A stretch of 64,000 bases of DNA. It comes from Gammaproteobacteria bacterium (GTDB lineage Bacteria > Pseudomonadota > Gammaproteobacteria > Eutrophobiales > Eutrophobiaceae). The stretch is taken from assembly GCA_965222155.1 (NCBI GenBank), contig CBDCTH010000004.1, positions 64,001 to 128,000 on the forward strand, in the 5' to 3' direction. Shown piece after piece: positions 45,351 to 54,108 of the stretch; position 1 is the first letter of the stretch; each line of letters begins with the position of its first letter. Under the pieces are notes generated by a model. It was not told the DNA's origin. It saw only the letters and a list, made by a program, of their open reading frames with translations, and did no database searches. The position numbers were made by a program, and so were the translations under genes.

Positions 45351-45544
45351 TATGGGTGTATTATACCTGACCGTTCGGAATTTTTGGAAATACGGCTGCC
45401 TGCCGTCCCGTCAACTGGAAGATTCGGGATTCCTGATGATCGATGTTCTCCTGCAAAATCGGCTGATAATTCCGTCAAAGTAGTTATCAGCCTGGTGCAA
45501 GCCGAATGTCAGAACGCCGTATTGGTATAATCGATATAGATCCG

Positions 45545-45799
45545 CATCCAGGGTCAGACCAGTATAAAAAGTATAACTGTTTGATTTTAATTGATAATCC
45601 GTCTGTACATGACCTTTTCCAATCGTTAGAACACGCGTTTTATTACAAAAAAAGACATTGTAAGAAATGTCACTTGCTTAACATGATATTTTCCGCCGTG
45701 AAAACCCTGTTCTAATCCTTAAAACAGCGCGCTATTGAGAATTTTATCCTCTATAATCATAGAGTTATATTGGTCCGACCCCCTCGTATCCCCTCGTAT
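45545..45799. repeat. REPIN-like element copy D, with tandem cccctcgtat at the right end
   Basis: Direct identity. Confidence 0.9.
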
Positions 45800-46051
45800 G
45801 TACCTCTAAGGGGGGTGGCTTTGTAAAACGCTTGTTGAGTACACCTGCTCTCTAACTCAAATTTTGTTGATTTTAGTTTTATTAAAATTTTTCATTAGTG
45901 TCCCAAGAATTAATCGAATAAATTCAACTGGTTAAGTATATCATGGCGGTCTGTTTTGTAATCGGTCTGCGTAAGTAATTGATACAGAGGTACTTTTTCA
46001 AACAGGGTCAGGCTTAAAACCTGTAACATTGTGTAGAGTTCTGCAATTCAG

Positions 46052-46214
46052 CAATTCAGGGGACACAATAATTAATTATCGCCGTCACAAAAGAAAACAT
46101 CCCGACGGCGGTTCTCCCGTTGCGTCATGTAGTGGGGATACTCAGGTAGAACGATCATTGCCAGCCTTGACATATTGGCAGTATTCCAGAATTAAGTATT
46201 GTGTCCCCAGAACT
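46052..46214. repeat. Second REPIN-like family: aattcaggggacacaata ... tattgtgtcccc inverted pair
   Basis: Same ends at 61254-61426 with a different spacer. Confidence 0.75.
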
Positions 46215-46258
46215 CCTATTGTTTAACGTGGGGCCGTCAGCTATACTTGTCATACCCC

Positions 46259-46729
46259 ATGACCTCACCGGATATTTTATCACCTGATGTACTGGGTTAC
46301 GACCCGCGTCCCGACCAGCACGATTGGCGCGGCACGCCCATTCCCAAGGTAAACAATCCTTTGCCCGCCACCCCCGAACTGGTGGAGATTGCGGACAAGA
46401 TGTGGTGGAACGGGGACCCCTGGACCATCCTGCGCAACCGGGTTGTCTTTCTCCGCCACGCGCTGGATTATGCCTTGGAGGGGCACTGCGAGTTCCTGTG
46501 GCGGACAATCCCGCGCGAGGACTGGGTGCATATGCTCACCACAGCAAGGCCCGGCCAGGTGTCCATGCGCTCCTGGAAGTACTGGTCCTGGCGCGCGGGC
46601 CTGCTGGATGAGCGTCTTCGCATCCCCGAAGAATGGCACCAGCCCAGACATATCATAGACCTGATATATAACAATCAACAGACCTGGGCTGACATAAAAC
46701 AGGAATTGCTTTCCAGTGAAAGTGGCTGA
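46259..46729 (+). CDS. Hypothetical Trp-rich protein, putative antitoxin
   Basis: Overlaps the downstream nucleotidyltransferase; MWW...SWKYW motif. Confidence 0.65.
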   Translation: MTSPDILSPDVLGYDPRPDQHDWRGTPIPKVNNPLPATPELVEIADKMWWNGDPWTILRNRVVFLRHALDYALEGHCEFLWRTIPREDWVHMLTTARPGQVSMRSWKYWSWRAGLLDERLRIPEEWHQPRHIIDLIYNNQQTWADIKQELLSSESG

Positions 46730-47450
46730 TATAAATTTAGAGCCTGTTCATATGGATTTCATGGATCAGGACATGATTGATTTGTGGGAGAGGATGGTAG
46801 CCCACGATCTGAAAACATATCGGCTCTACGGCGGCACGGCGCTCGCCATGTACTTGAATCACAGAAATTCTACGGATTTCGATTTCTTCCGGGACGGTTC
46901 GGTGACAAAAGCCGAGATTGAAAAATTCACATGGCTGAGAGGCGCACAATTCAGAGGGACCAGTGGCATGGTGGATGCCATGATGCCGGCCTCAAAAAGA
47001 AGTATCACAATAAATTTCATTAGCACAAGATCATTTAATGGCATCCCCCCCACACAGAGTCCGATACGTGCGGCAAATGGCATATTTGTGGCGCATCCCG
47101 TTGATATTCTGACCGGGAAGCTGTCTGCCATGTCACGACGAAAAGAAGTACGTGATTTTATTGATATTGCCAGCGCGCACGATGTTATCCCAGACATGCT
47201 GCAAGATGCAATTGATGTCTATTTGCAGGATTCTATGACACAGGAGGCGTCACGCAGGGAACTGGCCAAAACTATCATAGCTTGCCCACAGGCTGTCGAA
47301 TACGAACTGTCTGATCAGTTATTGAAATCGCTGAGCGCATTGACAGAGTCTCTCAGCGCACCTGAAGATGGCAATGGCAGGGGGCGCAAAAACGTTCACG
47401 CTTCGTCAAAGAACGCCGATAAAACGACAAAAAGGACTGATCGTCGTTAA
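46716..47450 (+). CDS. AbiEii/MenT-like nucleotidyltransferase
   Basis: LYGGTALAMYLNHRNSTDFDFF; KLSAMSRR..RDFIDI. Confidence 0.85.
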   Translation: MKVADINLEPVHMDFMDQDMIDLWERMVAHDLKTYRLYGGTALAMYLNHRNSTDFDFFRDGSVTKAEIEKFTWLRGAQFRGTSGMVDAMMPASKRSITINFISTRSFNGIPPTQSPIRAANGIFVAHPVDILTGKLSAMSRRKEVRDFIDIASAHDVIPDMLQDAIDVYLQDSMTQEASRRELAKTIIACPQAVEYELSDQLLKSLSALTESLSAPEDGNGRGRKNVHASSKNADKTTKRTDRR

Positions 47451-47978
47451 TGCGCTCTGCGCGCGTAAGTAAAACTAGTCAAAGACGTTCCATGTGTTCA
47501 GGTACAGTGTAAAATACCAGTCAGTTACAGAGTTTATCCCCAATGAAACGGAACGTCTTTACTGCCGCCTGTGCCGCATTCAAAACATACGTGCGTGGGT
47601 TACCCTGCCTGAACACGCGTATTTTTGATATCGATGAGTTCCTTTTCAGCCCCGAAATACAATATCGCCAAGGGGGGGTCAAGGGGGAGATGCCCCCTTG
47701 CCCGACCTTTTGAGGCACGATAAAGGTTTACCGGGCTTTGGCGGGGCGAACGGAGTGAGGCACGGCGACACAGCTGAGCTGAGGACTGGCGGTGTTTTTT
47801 CCGACTTCAACGGTGTAGAGCGCCCGGAAGGGCTGAAAATTCCTTATAAATCAAAGCGGGTTTTAGGGCAGGTTGTTGTAGTGCCTAGTGCTATGTCATA
47901 ATTAAAAGTTATAGAACATAATGTCCTTATCTGCAATACTATCAGGCACTCACTCTGACCGACAGCGAGGTGCATGGT

Positions 47979-48181
47979 ATGCACAAGAAATATATCGTTC
48001 GGCTCACCGACGCAGAACGCGCGATTTGTCGCGAGACGATTCACCGACTCAAGGGGAGCAGCGAGAAAGTGCGGCGTGCGCAGATGTTGTTGAAGGCGGA
48101 TGTCGACGGGCCGGGCTGGAGCGACCGGCAGATTGCCGAGGCGTTCGGCTGTCGCACGAAGACGGTGGAGAATCTGCGTCG
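47979..48181 (+). pseudogene. IS630-family transposase HTH fragment
   Basis: KKYIVRLTDAER...RRAQMLLKAD...WSDRQIAEAF; truncated. Confidence 0.85.
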
Positions 48182-48237
48182 GGGTGTTCGGTCAGCACGA
48201 CCTTTGCCGGCCCGAATCCCGGAACGTTCTGCACCAT
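48181..48237 (-). pseudogene. Sulfotransferase N-terminal relic
   Basis: MVQNVPGFGPAKVVLTEHP vs MVHNIPGFGPPKIVLTEHP; part repeated at 30557-30593. Confidence 0.8.
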
Positions 48238-48261
48238 GTAAACCGGAATCAGTGTTCACCT

Positions 48262-48993
48262 TCACCGGAATACGCAGTCCTGGCGGTAGAAGTCGCTCAG
48301 GCGCCTGTAGACGGCAGGGTAGGCGCTGTCAAGTACAGCTGGCGCATCAAAAAAATACTCGCTGGTAACAGCGAAGAACTCAGCAGGGTCCTCGGCGGCG
48401 TACTCGTCTATCACCAGCGTCTCGCCGGCATCGATACGGCGGTTCATATCCTCGAAAGCCGCGCCGAAGTCCCGGTTCCAGGCTTCGAGGTCCATACCCC
48501 GGTGCAGCGACGGGCAGCCGTTTGCCCCACCATGCAACATGTCAAGTTTGTGAGCCATCTCATGGATTATGACGTTATAACCCTCGCCCTGCCCTGAGGC
48601 TGCGATATCTTCCCAGGAAAGGATAACCGGGCCACACAACCAGGCCTCGCCGGCTCGGGCTTCCTCCCACTCATGTTCAACGCCAGCCTCATCCATCTCG
48701 TATTCCCGCGCGACAAAGCTGCCGGGATAGACTACGATACTATGCCACGAACTGTAGGCGCCAAGACCAGGAACAAGAACAGGCAGACAGGCCTGGGCCG
48801 CGATCACAACCAGGTCCAGCGCATCAAGGCACTGTCCGCGTACCGGTTCGATGGACTTGCCGGCGATAAAACGAGCGGAAAGTTCCCGCAACCTGGCGCG
48901 TTCGCTTGCATCCAGCGGTGCAAGCGCAGGAAGGGCGTCAAGCGCCGCTCTCCATACGGATTCATCAATTGGTTTTTGCCGATGCGGCCACAT
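48262..48993 (-). CDS. mtfA: MtfA/M90 zinc peptidase family; last codons replaced by an IS21 end
   Basis: GEAW..GPVILSW, HEMAHKLD, YAAEDPAEFFAV. Confidence 0.85.
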   Translation of the reverse strand: MWPHRQKPIDESVWRAALDALPALAPLDASERARLRELSARFIAGKSIEPVRGQCLDALDLVVIAAQACLPVLVPGLGAYSSWHSIVVYPGSFVAREYEMDEAGVEHEWEEARAGEAWLCGPVILSWEDIAASGQGEGYNVIIHEMAHKLDMLHGGANGCPSLHRGMDLEAWNRDFGAAFEDMNRRIDAGETLVIDEYAAEDPAEFFAVTSEYFFDAPAVLDSAYPAVYRRLSDFYRQDCVFR

Positions 48994-49059
48994 AAGCGAT
49001 CACAATACAGGTTCCCAAAAGTCAATATAGCATCGTTTCCAGCAGGTGTTCCCGCTAAC

Positions 49060-49324
49060 TTCCCGGGGGCGCGGGCGTCCGCCCGCATGGCGTGCTGGAC
49101 GTGCCCCACGACTCCCGCCAACTGGTGATCAGCTACTCCCCGGTACGGGCCGAGAAAGACCGCCACGACCGGGACAAGGCCCTCAGCAAACTGCTCCGGC
49201 ACACCTTACGAACTCAAATAATTCCCTGCCTTCCTGCTTTGAACATAGGGCATTTGTAGTGCCTACGGGCAAACTCGTCTTCAACAAAATCAATCAGTTA
49301 GAAAAATAAACCGTCGAAGTCGGG
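49060..49324 (+). mobile_element. IS1634-like remnant
   Basis: Manual translation RQLVISYSPVRAEKDRHDRDKALSKL; end-like gtcgaagtcggg. Confidence 0.55.
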
Positions 49325-49331
49325 ATGTTTA

Positions 49332-50069
49332 TCAGACATCCACCCAAGAGTGATCTGTTTCATAGCCCAGATCTATCAGCGCATGACCGGCATAATGATC
49401 GAATACTTCCCGTGCTTCCCGCGTAAAATGGTTCTTCCAGTCCCCGACGATGCCTTTACGGACAAAGCAGTGAGCATTTTCCTCGCCAGGTTTGCGGCCC
49501 GTGACGTTCTCAAATGAGAATTTTGAAATACATGAGACAAGTTTCTCATCATCGATCTTTTGCTCCGAGATATATTGAAGAATCTTTTTCATCTCGCGTC
49601 TGGGATTTTCCCTCATTGCCTCATAGCTGGTCTTCACGCATCCTGTCCGGTTCTTCCACGTTTCGATAAAACTTGTCCATGTCATATGGAGTGGGGGCCC
49701 ATCAGTGAAACAATACTCGATGTATCTCGGTAAGTAGCGTTGTACGTCGCGCGGGTCTTTGATACCGAGTCGTTGCTGCTGCTCTTCTGCCCAGCCCCGC
49801 ATCGTCGTTCTTCTATGAAACAGATGATAGTAATAGTGTGATACGATTACGTCTCTCCCGTCGCGCCACATAACGATAGTATCATTGGCACTGTCGACGT
49901 AGAGGTAATGACCATGCAGTATGCACCGGCGCCGTGTCGGTAAATGATCGCGCGGATTGGGCATGTCCATATATTCGGCTACCATCTGGCTCACCCAGGT
50001 TCCGCCTGACTTGGGGTGTTCGGTCAGTACAATCTTCGGAGGACCAAAACCCGGAATATTGTGTACCAT
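49332..50069 (-). CDS. Sulfotransferase (Sulfotransfer_1-like, intact)
   Basis: HPKSGGTW, RDGRDVIVS, RKGIVGDWKNHF. Confidence 0.9.
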   Translation of the reverse strand: MVHNIPGFGPPKIVLTEHPKSGGTWVSQMVAEYMDMPNPRDHLPTRRRCILHGHYLYVDSANDTIVMWRDGRDVIVSHYYYHLFHRRTTMRGWAEEQQQRLGIKDPRDVQRYLPRYIEYCFTDGPPLHMTWTSFIETWKNRTGCVKTSYEAMRENPRREMKKILQYISEQKIDDEKLVSCISKFSFENVTGRKPGEENAHCFVRKGIVGDWKNHFTREAREVFDHYAGHALIDLGYETDHSWVDV

Positions 50070-50431
50070 GGCGCGCTTGATCAGTATGTTCAGTCTACGC
50101 CACCAGAGAGTGTTTTTCCGGTCGCCTATCACCCTGCACCCCAAACTTTGATGCGTTTAAGAATTTTACTGTCTCCTACTATATAAATATTTACAATCGA
50201 TACGACGCAGCCAATGCGATTACGTTCTTCTCTCTATGGCCACACTGCATCGCTACAACTCTTTTATTGTTGATGGCGCAGATTTTACCGCATAAAACAT
50301 ACCTGATAAATCGCTGATATATGATTATTTTCAACACAGCATTGCACTTTATTCATTCTTCCTTACGCCATATGAAAAGCCGTTGTCAGCGGCTGATATA
50401 ATCCGGCTTTAACAGCAACCCCGGAAGAACA

Positions 50432-51342
50432 TTGAAACAAAATAAAATGGCTGATTTTCTCGTTGTCGGCGCCGCTCAGTCAGGGACAACGACATTGTTC
50501 GAGATTCTCCGTGAGCATCCCCGAATTTTTATGCCTCAGCGCAAGGAATCTCGATATTTTTCTTGTATGCCGAGAGATATTGCGGGGCCAAGGACAGTAT
50601 CACCGATTGATAATCCTCAAACTTTAGATGAATATAAAAAACTATTTATAAATGCAAAACCCGACCAACTCAGTGGGGATATATCACCTGATTACCTGTA
50701 TCATTGCCAAGTTTCAGTTCCTAAAATTCTTAACGAAATCAATGCGCAGATACCGATTATTATTATTTTGCGAAATCCCGTTGAAAGGGCTTATTCGAAC
50801 TACCTCCACCATGTGCGCGACGGTTGGGAGAATTTGAGTTTTGAGGATGCTCTGGATGCGGAGGAGCAACGTCGTACAGCAAATTGGGCTTGGGGGTGGA
50901 ATTACGTCGGCGTCGGATTATACGCCGAACAGGTCAAAGCCTATCTGGACAATTTTGAACGAGTGTTGTTGCTTCTGTTTGAAGAAGACATCGTAACGGG
51001 CCTGGCAACGGACAAGGTGTTGGATTTTCTGAACATCGGACCCTTCCAGGCAGGCCCCGGTAAAGTTCATGCAAACATTTCGGATATCCGCAAAATCGCC
51101 TCTTGCACTGGATTATGACGGACAAACTGGTTGTCAGAAAAGTCAAGAATGCGGTCAAGACAACGCCTTTGTATGCCTGCTCAAAGCAGATATACCGGAA
51201 AGTGATGGAGGCGAACCTTAAGAAAGAGGAAATGGCCCCGCACACCAGGCAGATGCTCAAAGAGAAGTTTCAGGATGATGTTGCCCTGCTGGCCGAGTAC
51301 ACCGGACTTCCGGTGCAGAAGTTCTGGGCGGATTTTCAATGA
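50432..51342 (+). pseudogene. Sulfotransferase (GAAQSGTT), frameshift near 51085
   Basis: Two ORFs together match 27965-28888; PSB Lys changed to Gln. Confidence 0.85.
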
Positions 51343-51372
51343 GATAAGTCTTGTAACCGAAGTCGCCCAGGG

Positions 51373-51759
51373 TTACCAAAGTCGGCGAACGCCGTATCGG
51401 TCGAACGGCGTTTCAATCGAGATTAAGACAAGGTTGCGTGCAAGCGCCTGTGATATGAGCATTCTATCGAACGGGTCGCGTAGAGGGCCAGGCAGTTCGC
51501 CGGCGCGTCCGGCGTCATCCACGCTAACCGCCAGTTCCTCAAAACCCTGACTGGCAATGGTGCCTGCAATGTCTTGGGCGACCATTTCAGCGCCTTGAAG
51601 TTTACCGAGGCGATGCTTGGTTGCTATCTCCCAGGCAGAGGCTGCGCTCACCAGTACGTCGTTTGCTTCATCCGCAATCGCCTGGCGGGCTGATTGCGAC
51701 AGCTTTTCGCTTCCGGCAAGCCACCACAGGAATGCGTGGGTGTCGAGCAAAAGTTGCAA
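51373..51759 (-). CDS. vapC: VapC/PIN toxin
   Basis: LLLDTHAFLWW, SAASAWEI, DPFDRMLISQA. Confidence 0.9.
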   Translation of the reverse strand: MQLLLDTHAFLWWLAGSEKLSQSARQAIADEANDVLVSAASAWEIATKHRLGKLQGAEMVAQDIAGTIASQGFEELAVSVDDAGRAGELPGPLRDPFDRMLISQALARNLVLISIETPFDRYGVRRLW

Positions 51760-51762
51760 TGC

Positions 51763-51993
51763 TCACGTATTCCAGGCAGTCAGTTCCGCTTCCGGAAGCG
51801 GATCAAAAAAGTTGTCGTCAATCGAGACCTGCCCTGCGAGGGAACCGAATTCACGCTTGCCGCGGCTATTGCAACTCACGAGCCGAGCTACCGGTTTGCC
51901 GTTACGGGCTATGACGACCTCCTGGCCGTCCTCGACTTGCGCGAGCAAACGCGACAATTGGGTCTTTGCTTCATGTACATTCACTAAAGGCAT
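51763..51993 (-). CDS. Phd/YefM antitoxin
   Basis: VNVHEAKTQLSRLL, IARNGKPVARL. Confidence 0.9.
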   Translation of the reverse strand: MPLVNVHEAKTQLSRLLAQVEDGQEVVIARNGKPVARLVSCNSRGKREFGSLAGQVSIDDNFFDPLPEAELTAWNT

Positions 51994-52104
51994 CGCCGGT
52001 TCCTTGATATAACAGTTAGCTAATTATATGACTAAGAGCTATAATGTGTCAAGCGGCCTGAGAGAATTCACTCCGTTTGTCAGAACTCTTGGGAAAGACT
52101 TGTT

Positions 52105-52359
52105 CATCCAGGGTCAGACCAGTATAAAAACTATAACTGTTTGATTTTAATTGATAATCCGTCTGTACATGACCTTTTCCAATCGTTAGAACACGCGTTT
52201 TATTACGAAAAAAGACATTGTAAGAAATGTCACTTGCTTAACATGATATTTTCCGCCGTGAAAACCCTGTTCTAATCCTTAAAACAGCGCGCTATTGAGA
52301 ATTTTATCCTCTATAATCATTGAGTTATATTGAGTTATATTGGTCCGACCCCCTCGTAT
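52105..52359. repeat. REPIN-like element copy E (10-bp internal tandem duplication)
   Basis: Direct identity. Confidence 0.9.
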
Positions 52360-52369
52360 CGCGTAGTGA

Positions 52370-53473
52370 TTAAATTTTTCGATATTGCGTGGACCGACCC
52401 TGCCCGATTCTTTCAATCTTTTTGAGACGCAAAAGCTTATCCAGTGCCTGTCTCACTGTTGGTTGCACAACGTTTGTATTCTCAGCAATTTCACCAGGTC
52501 GTGCACTGTCAACTTTCCGAAGATACTCCCAGACTGCCATTTGCTTTGCGGTGAGCAACTTCTCAAGTTTTTCTTTTGCGAGTAATTCAACTGCCATCTG
52601 GGCCTGCTTGAGGAGCATGGTGAGGAAGAAATCAAGCCACGCTACGATATTATCTTTTTTCGCATCAAGCATTTTCTGAGTTTGACGAAGAGCGATATAG
52701 TATTCCGGCTTATTATCTTCAATCAGTTTCTCATGGGAGATGTAGGGCATGTACACATAACCCTCTTTGAGCAGAAGGAGATTTGTCAGGATGCGGCTAA
52801 GTCTGCCATTGCCATCCTGGAATGGATGAATAGCCAGGAACTGAACAAGAAAGTGCCCGATGATGAGCAGAGGATGATACCTTTTTTCTGCAAGCGATTG
52901 CTTGCTCCACTCAACCAACTCCTGCATCTCTTTGGGGGTGAGATAGGGCTCAGTGGTATTAAAGAGGATAGCAAGCGATTGGCCAGCCTCATCAACCATA
53001 TGCACCTTGTTCTCCCGCTTTTTGTAATTACCGCGATGTGGTTTGTCTTTTTCAACATATTTGAGAAGTTCCTGGTGGAAGTGCTTAATGGTATTCTCGT
53101 TAAAAGACAGTGTCCTCCATGAATTAAAAACGTTCTCAAGGAGTTCGTAGTATCCCTTCACTTCCTGTTTGTCCCGATTGGTGAATTTCTGAATATCAAT
53201 ACCACGCATCAGATTCTCAACATCCTTGTCTGAAAGGCGTGCACCCTCTATACGAGTCGATGCGCCGGTGGAGGTAATCAGAACAGAACGCTTAAGACGT
53301 CCTAACACCTGGACGCCAAGCTGTGCTCCGGCGACCCATCGTCCCTTCAACTCATCAATTTGAGCGAGTTTTAAGACGATTTCAGCCGGGATATACTTCA
53401 GCCGATGATCAAATTTTGTGCTTTTTCCCGTCATAGCAAATAATCTGATATACCCGACTATATCATTTTGCAT
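52370..53473 (-). CDS. Fic-domain protein with C-terminal wHTH
   Basis: HPFQDGNGRLSR; inhibitory-type STRIEG. Confidence 0.92.
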   Translation of the reverse strand: MQNDIVGYIRLFAMTGKSTKFDHRLKYIPAEIVLKLAQIDELKGRWVAGAQLGVQVLGRLKRSVLITSTGASTRIEGARLSDKDVENLMRGIDIQKFTNRDKQEVKGYYELLENVFNSWRTLSFNENTIKHFHQELLKYVEKDKPHRGNYKKRENKVHMVDEAGQSLAILFNTTEPYLTPKEMQELVEWSKQSLAEKRYHPLLIIGHFLVQFLAIHPFQDGNGRLSRILTNLLLLKEGYVYMPYISHEKLIEDNKPEYYIALRQTQKMLDAKKDNIVAWLDFFLTMLLKQAQMAVELLAKEKLEKLLTAKQMAVWEYLRKVDSARPGEIAENTNVVQPTVRQALDKLLRLKKIERIGQGRSTQYRKI

Positions 53474-53654
53474 CAGAATAACTTGATATATACAACTATA
53501 TCAGATTATAACAGATTAGAGAATACCTGTCTGGGTGACACCGGGCGGTGCTGGAACAGAAAAATAAACGACCGAAGCATTCAGTCAATGGTTACATAAC
53601 TACAGTAGGCTTCAGGTTTTTCTTTCTCCAGCTAAATACGCATCTGCAAGCTAA

Positions 53655-53830
53655 TCAAATTCCGGCGGATCAATTCCACTGCAATATCCAAATCGAGTGT
53701 AGCCCATGCCCAATCTGTGGTAACAACCCTGGTCTTCTCTCGAATTGCCAGGGCCAGGCAGGCACGATCGCCAAGCAACAGGCCCGTATCCCGCGTTGCT
53801 GTTCGCACAAGACCCGTTGTGATCGCAAGA
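53655..53830 (-). pseudogene. VapC/PIN C-terminal relic
   Basis: Manual translation [13 protein letters not shown]...[21 protein letters not shown]. Confidence 0.7.
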
Positions 53831-53948
53831 GATCTGCCCTGAATTTTGGTGGAGACAATGCTTTGGAAAAGACGCCCGGCAAGACACAGACACGAAAGCG
53901 CCTCAAGGTGTTGAGATCAGCTTGCCGGCAATGTATCAGCGACATGAT

Positions 53949-54108
53949 TCATCCAACGCTTTTGGCGACTCCCCACAAACAGCTTATTGGAAGGGCATAG
54001 GCCCTCTGACCGAAGGTCAGCTTCTGGTCGCCCAGGTAAAATACAATGGAAGTGACGCGCCGACGTTTTCCCGGCCCAATGTTACAGAACCAGTTCAAGT
54101 GCTTGAAG
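53949..54108 (-). pseudogene. C-terminal relic of AAA+/DUF4143 protein, cut by IS21
   Basis: FKHLNWF...[24 protein letters not shown]; paralog of 63735-64000. Confidence 0.8.

Noticed and set aside
29006-52359. Recurring ORF HPGSDQYKKYNCLILIDNP...
   Set aside because: Translation of the dispersed repeat; starts differ between copies.
29006-52359. Integron-like cassette array with the repeat as attC
   Set aside because: No integron integrase, no GTTRRRY/RYYYAAC ends, and flanking genes are truncated rather than complete cassettes.
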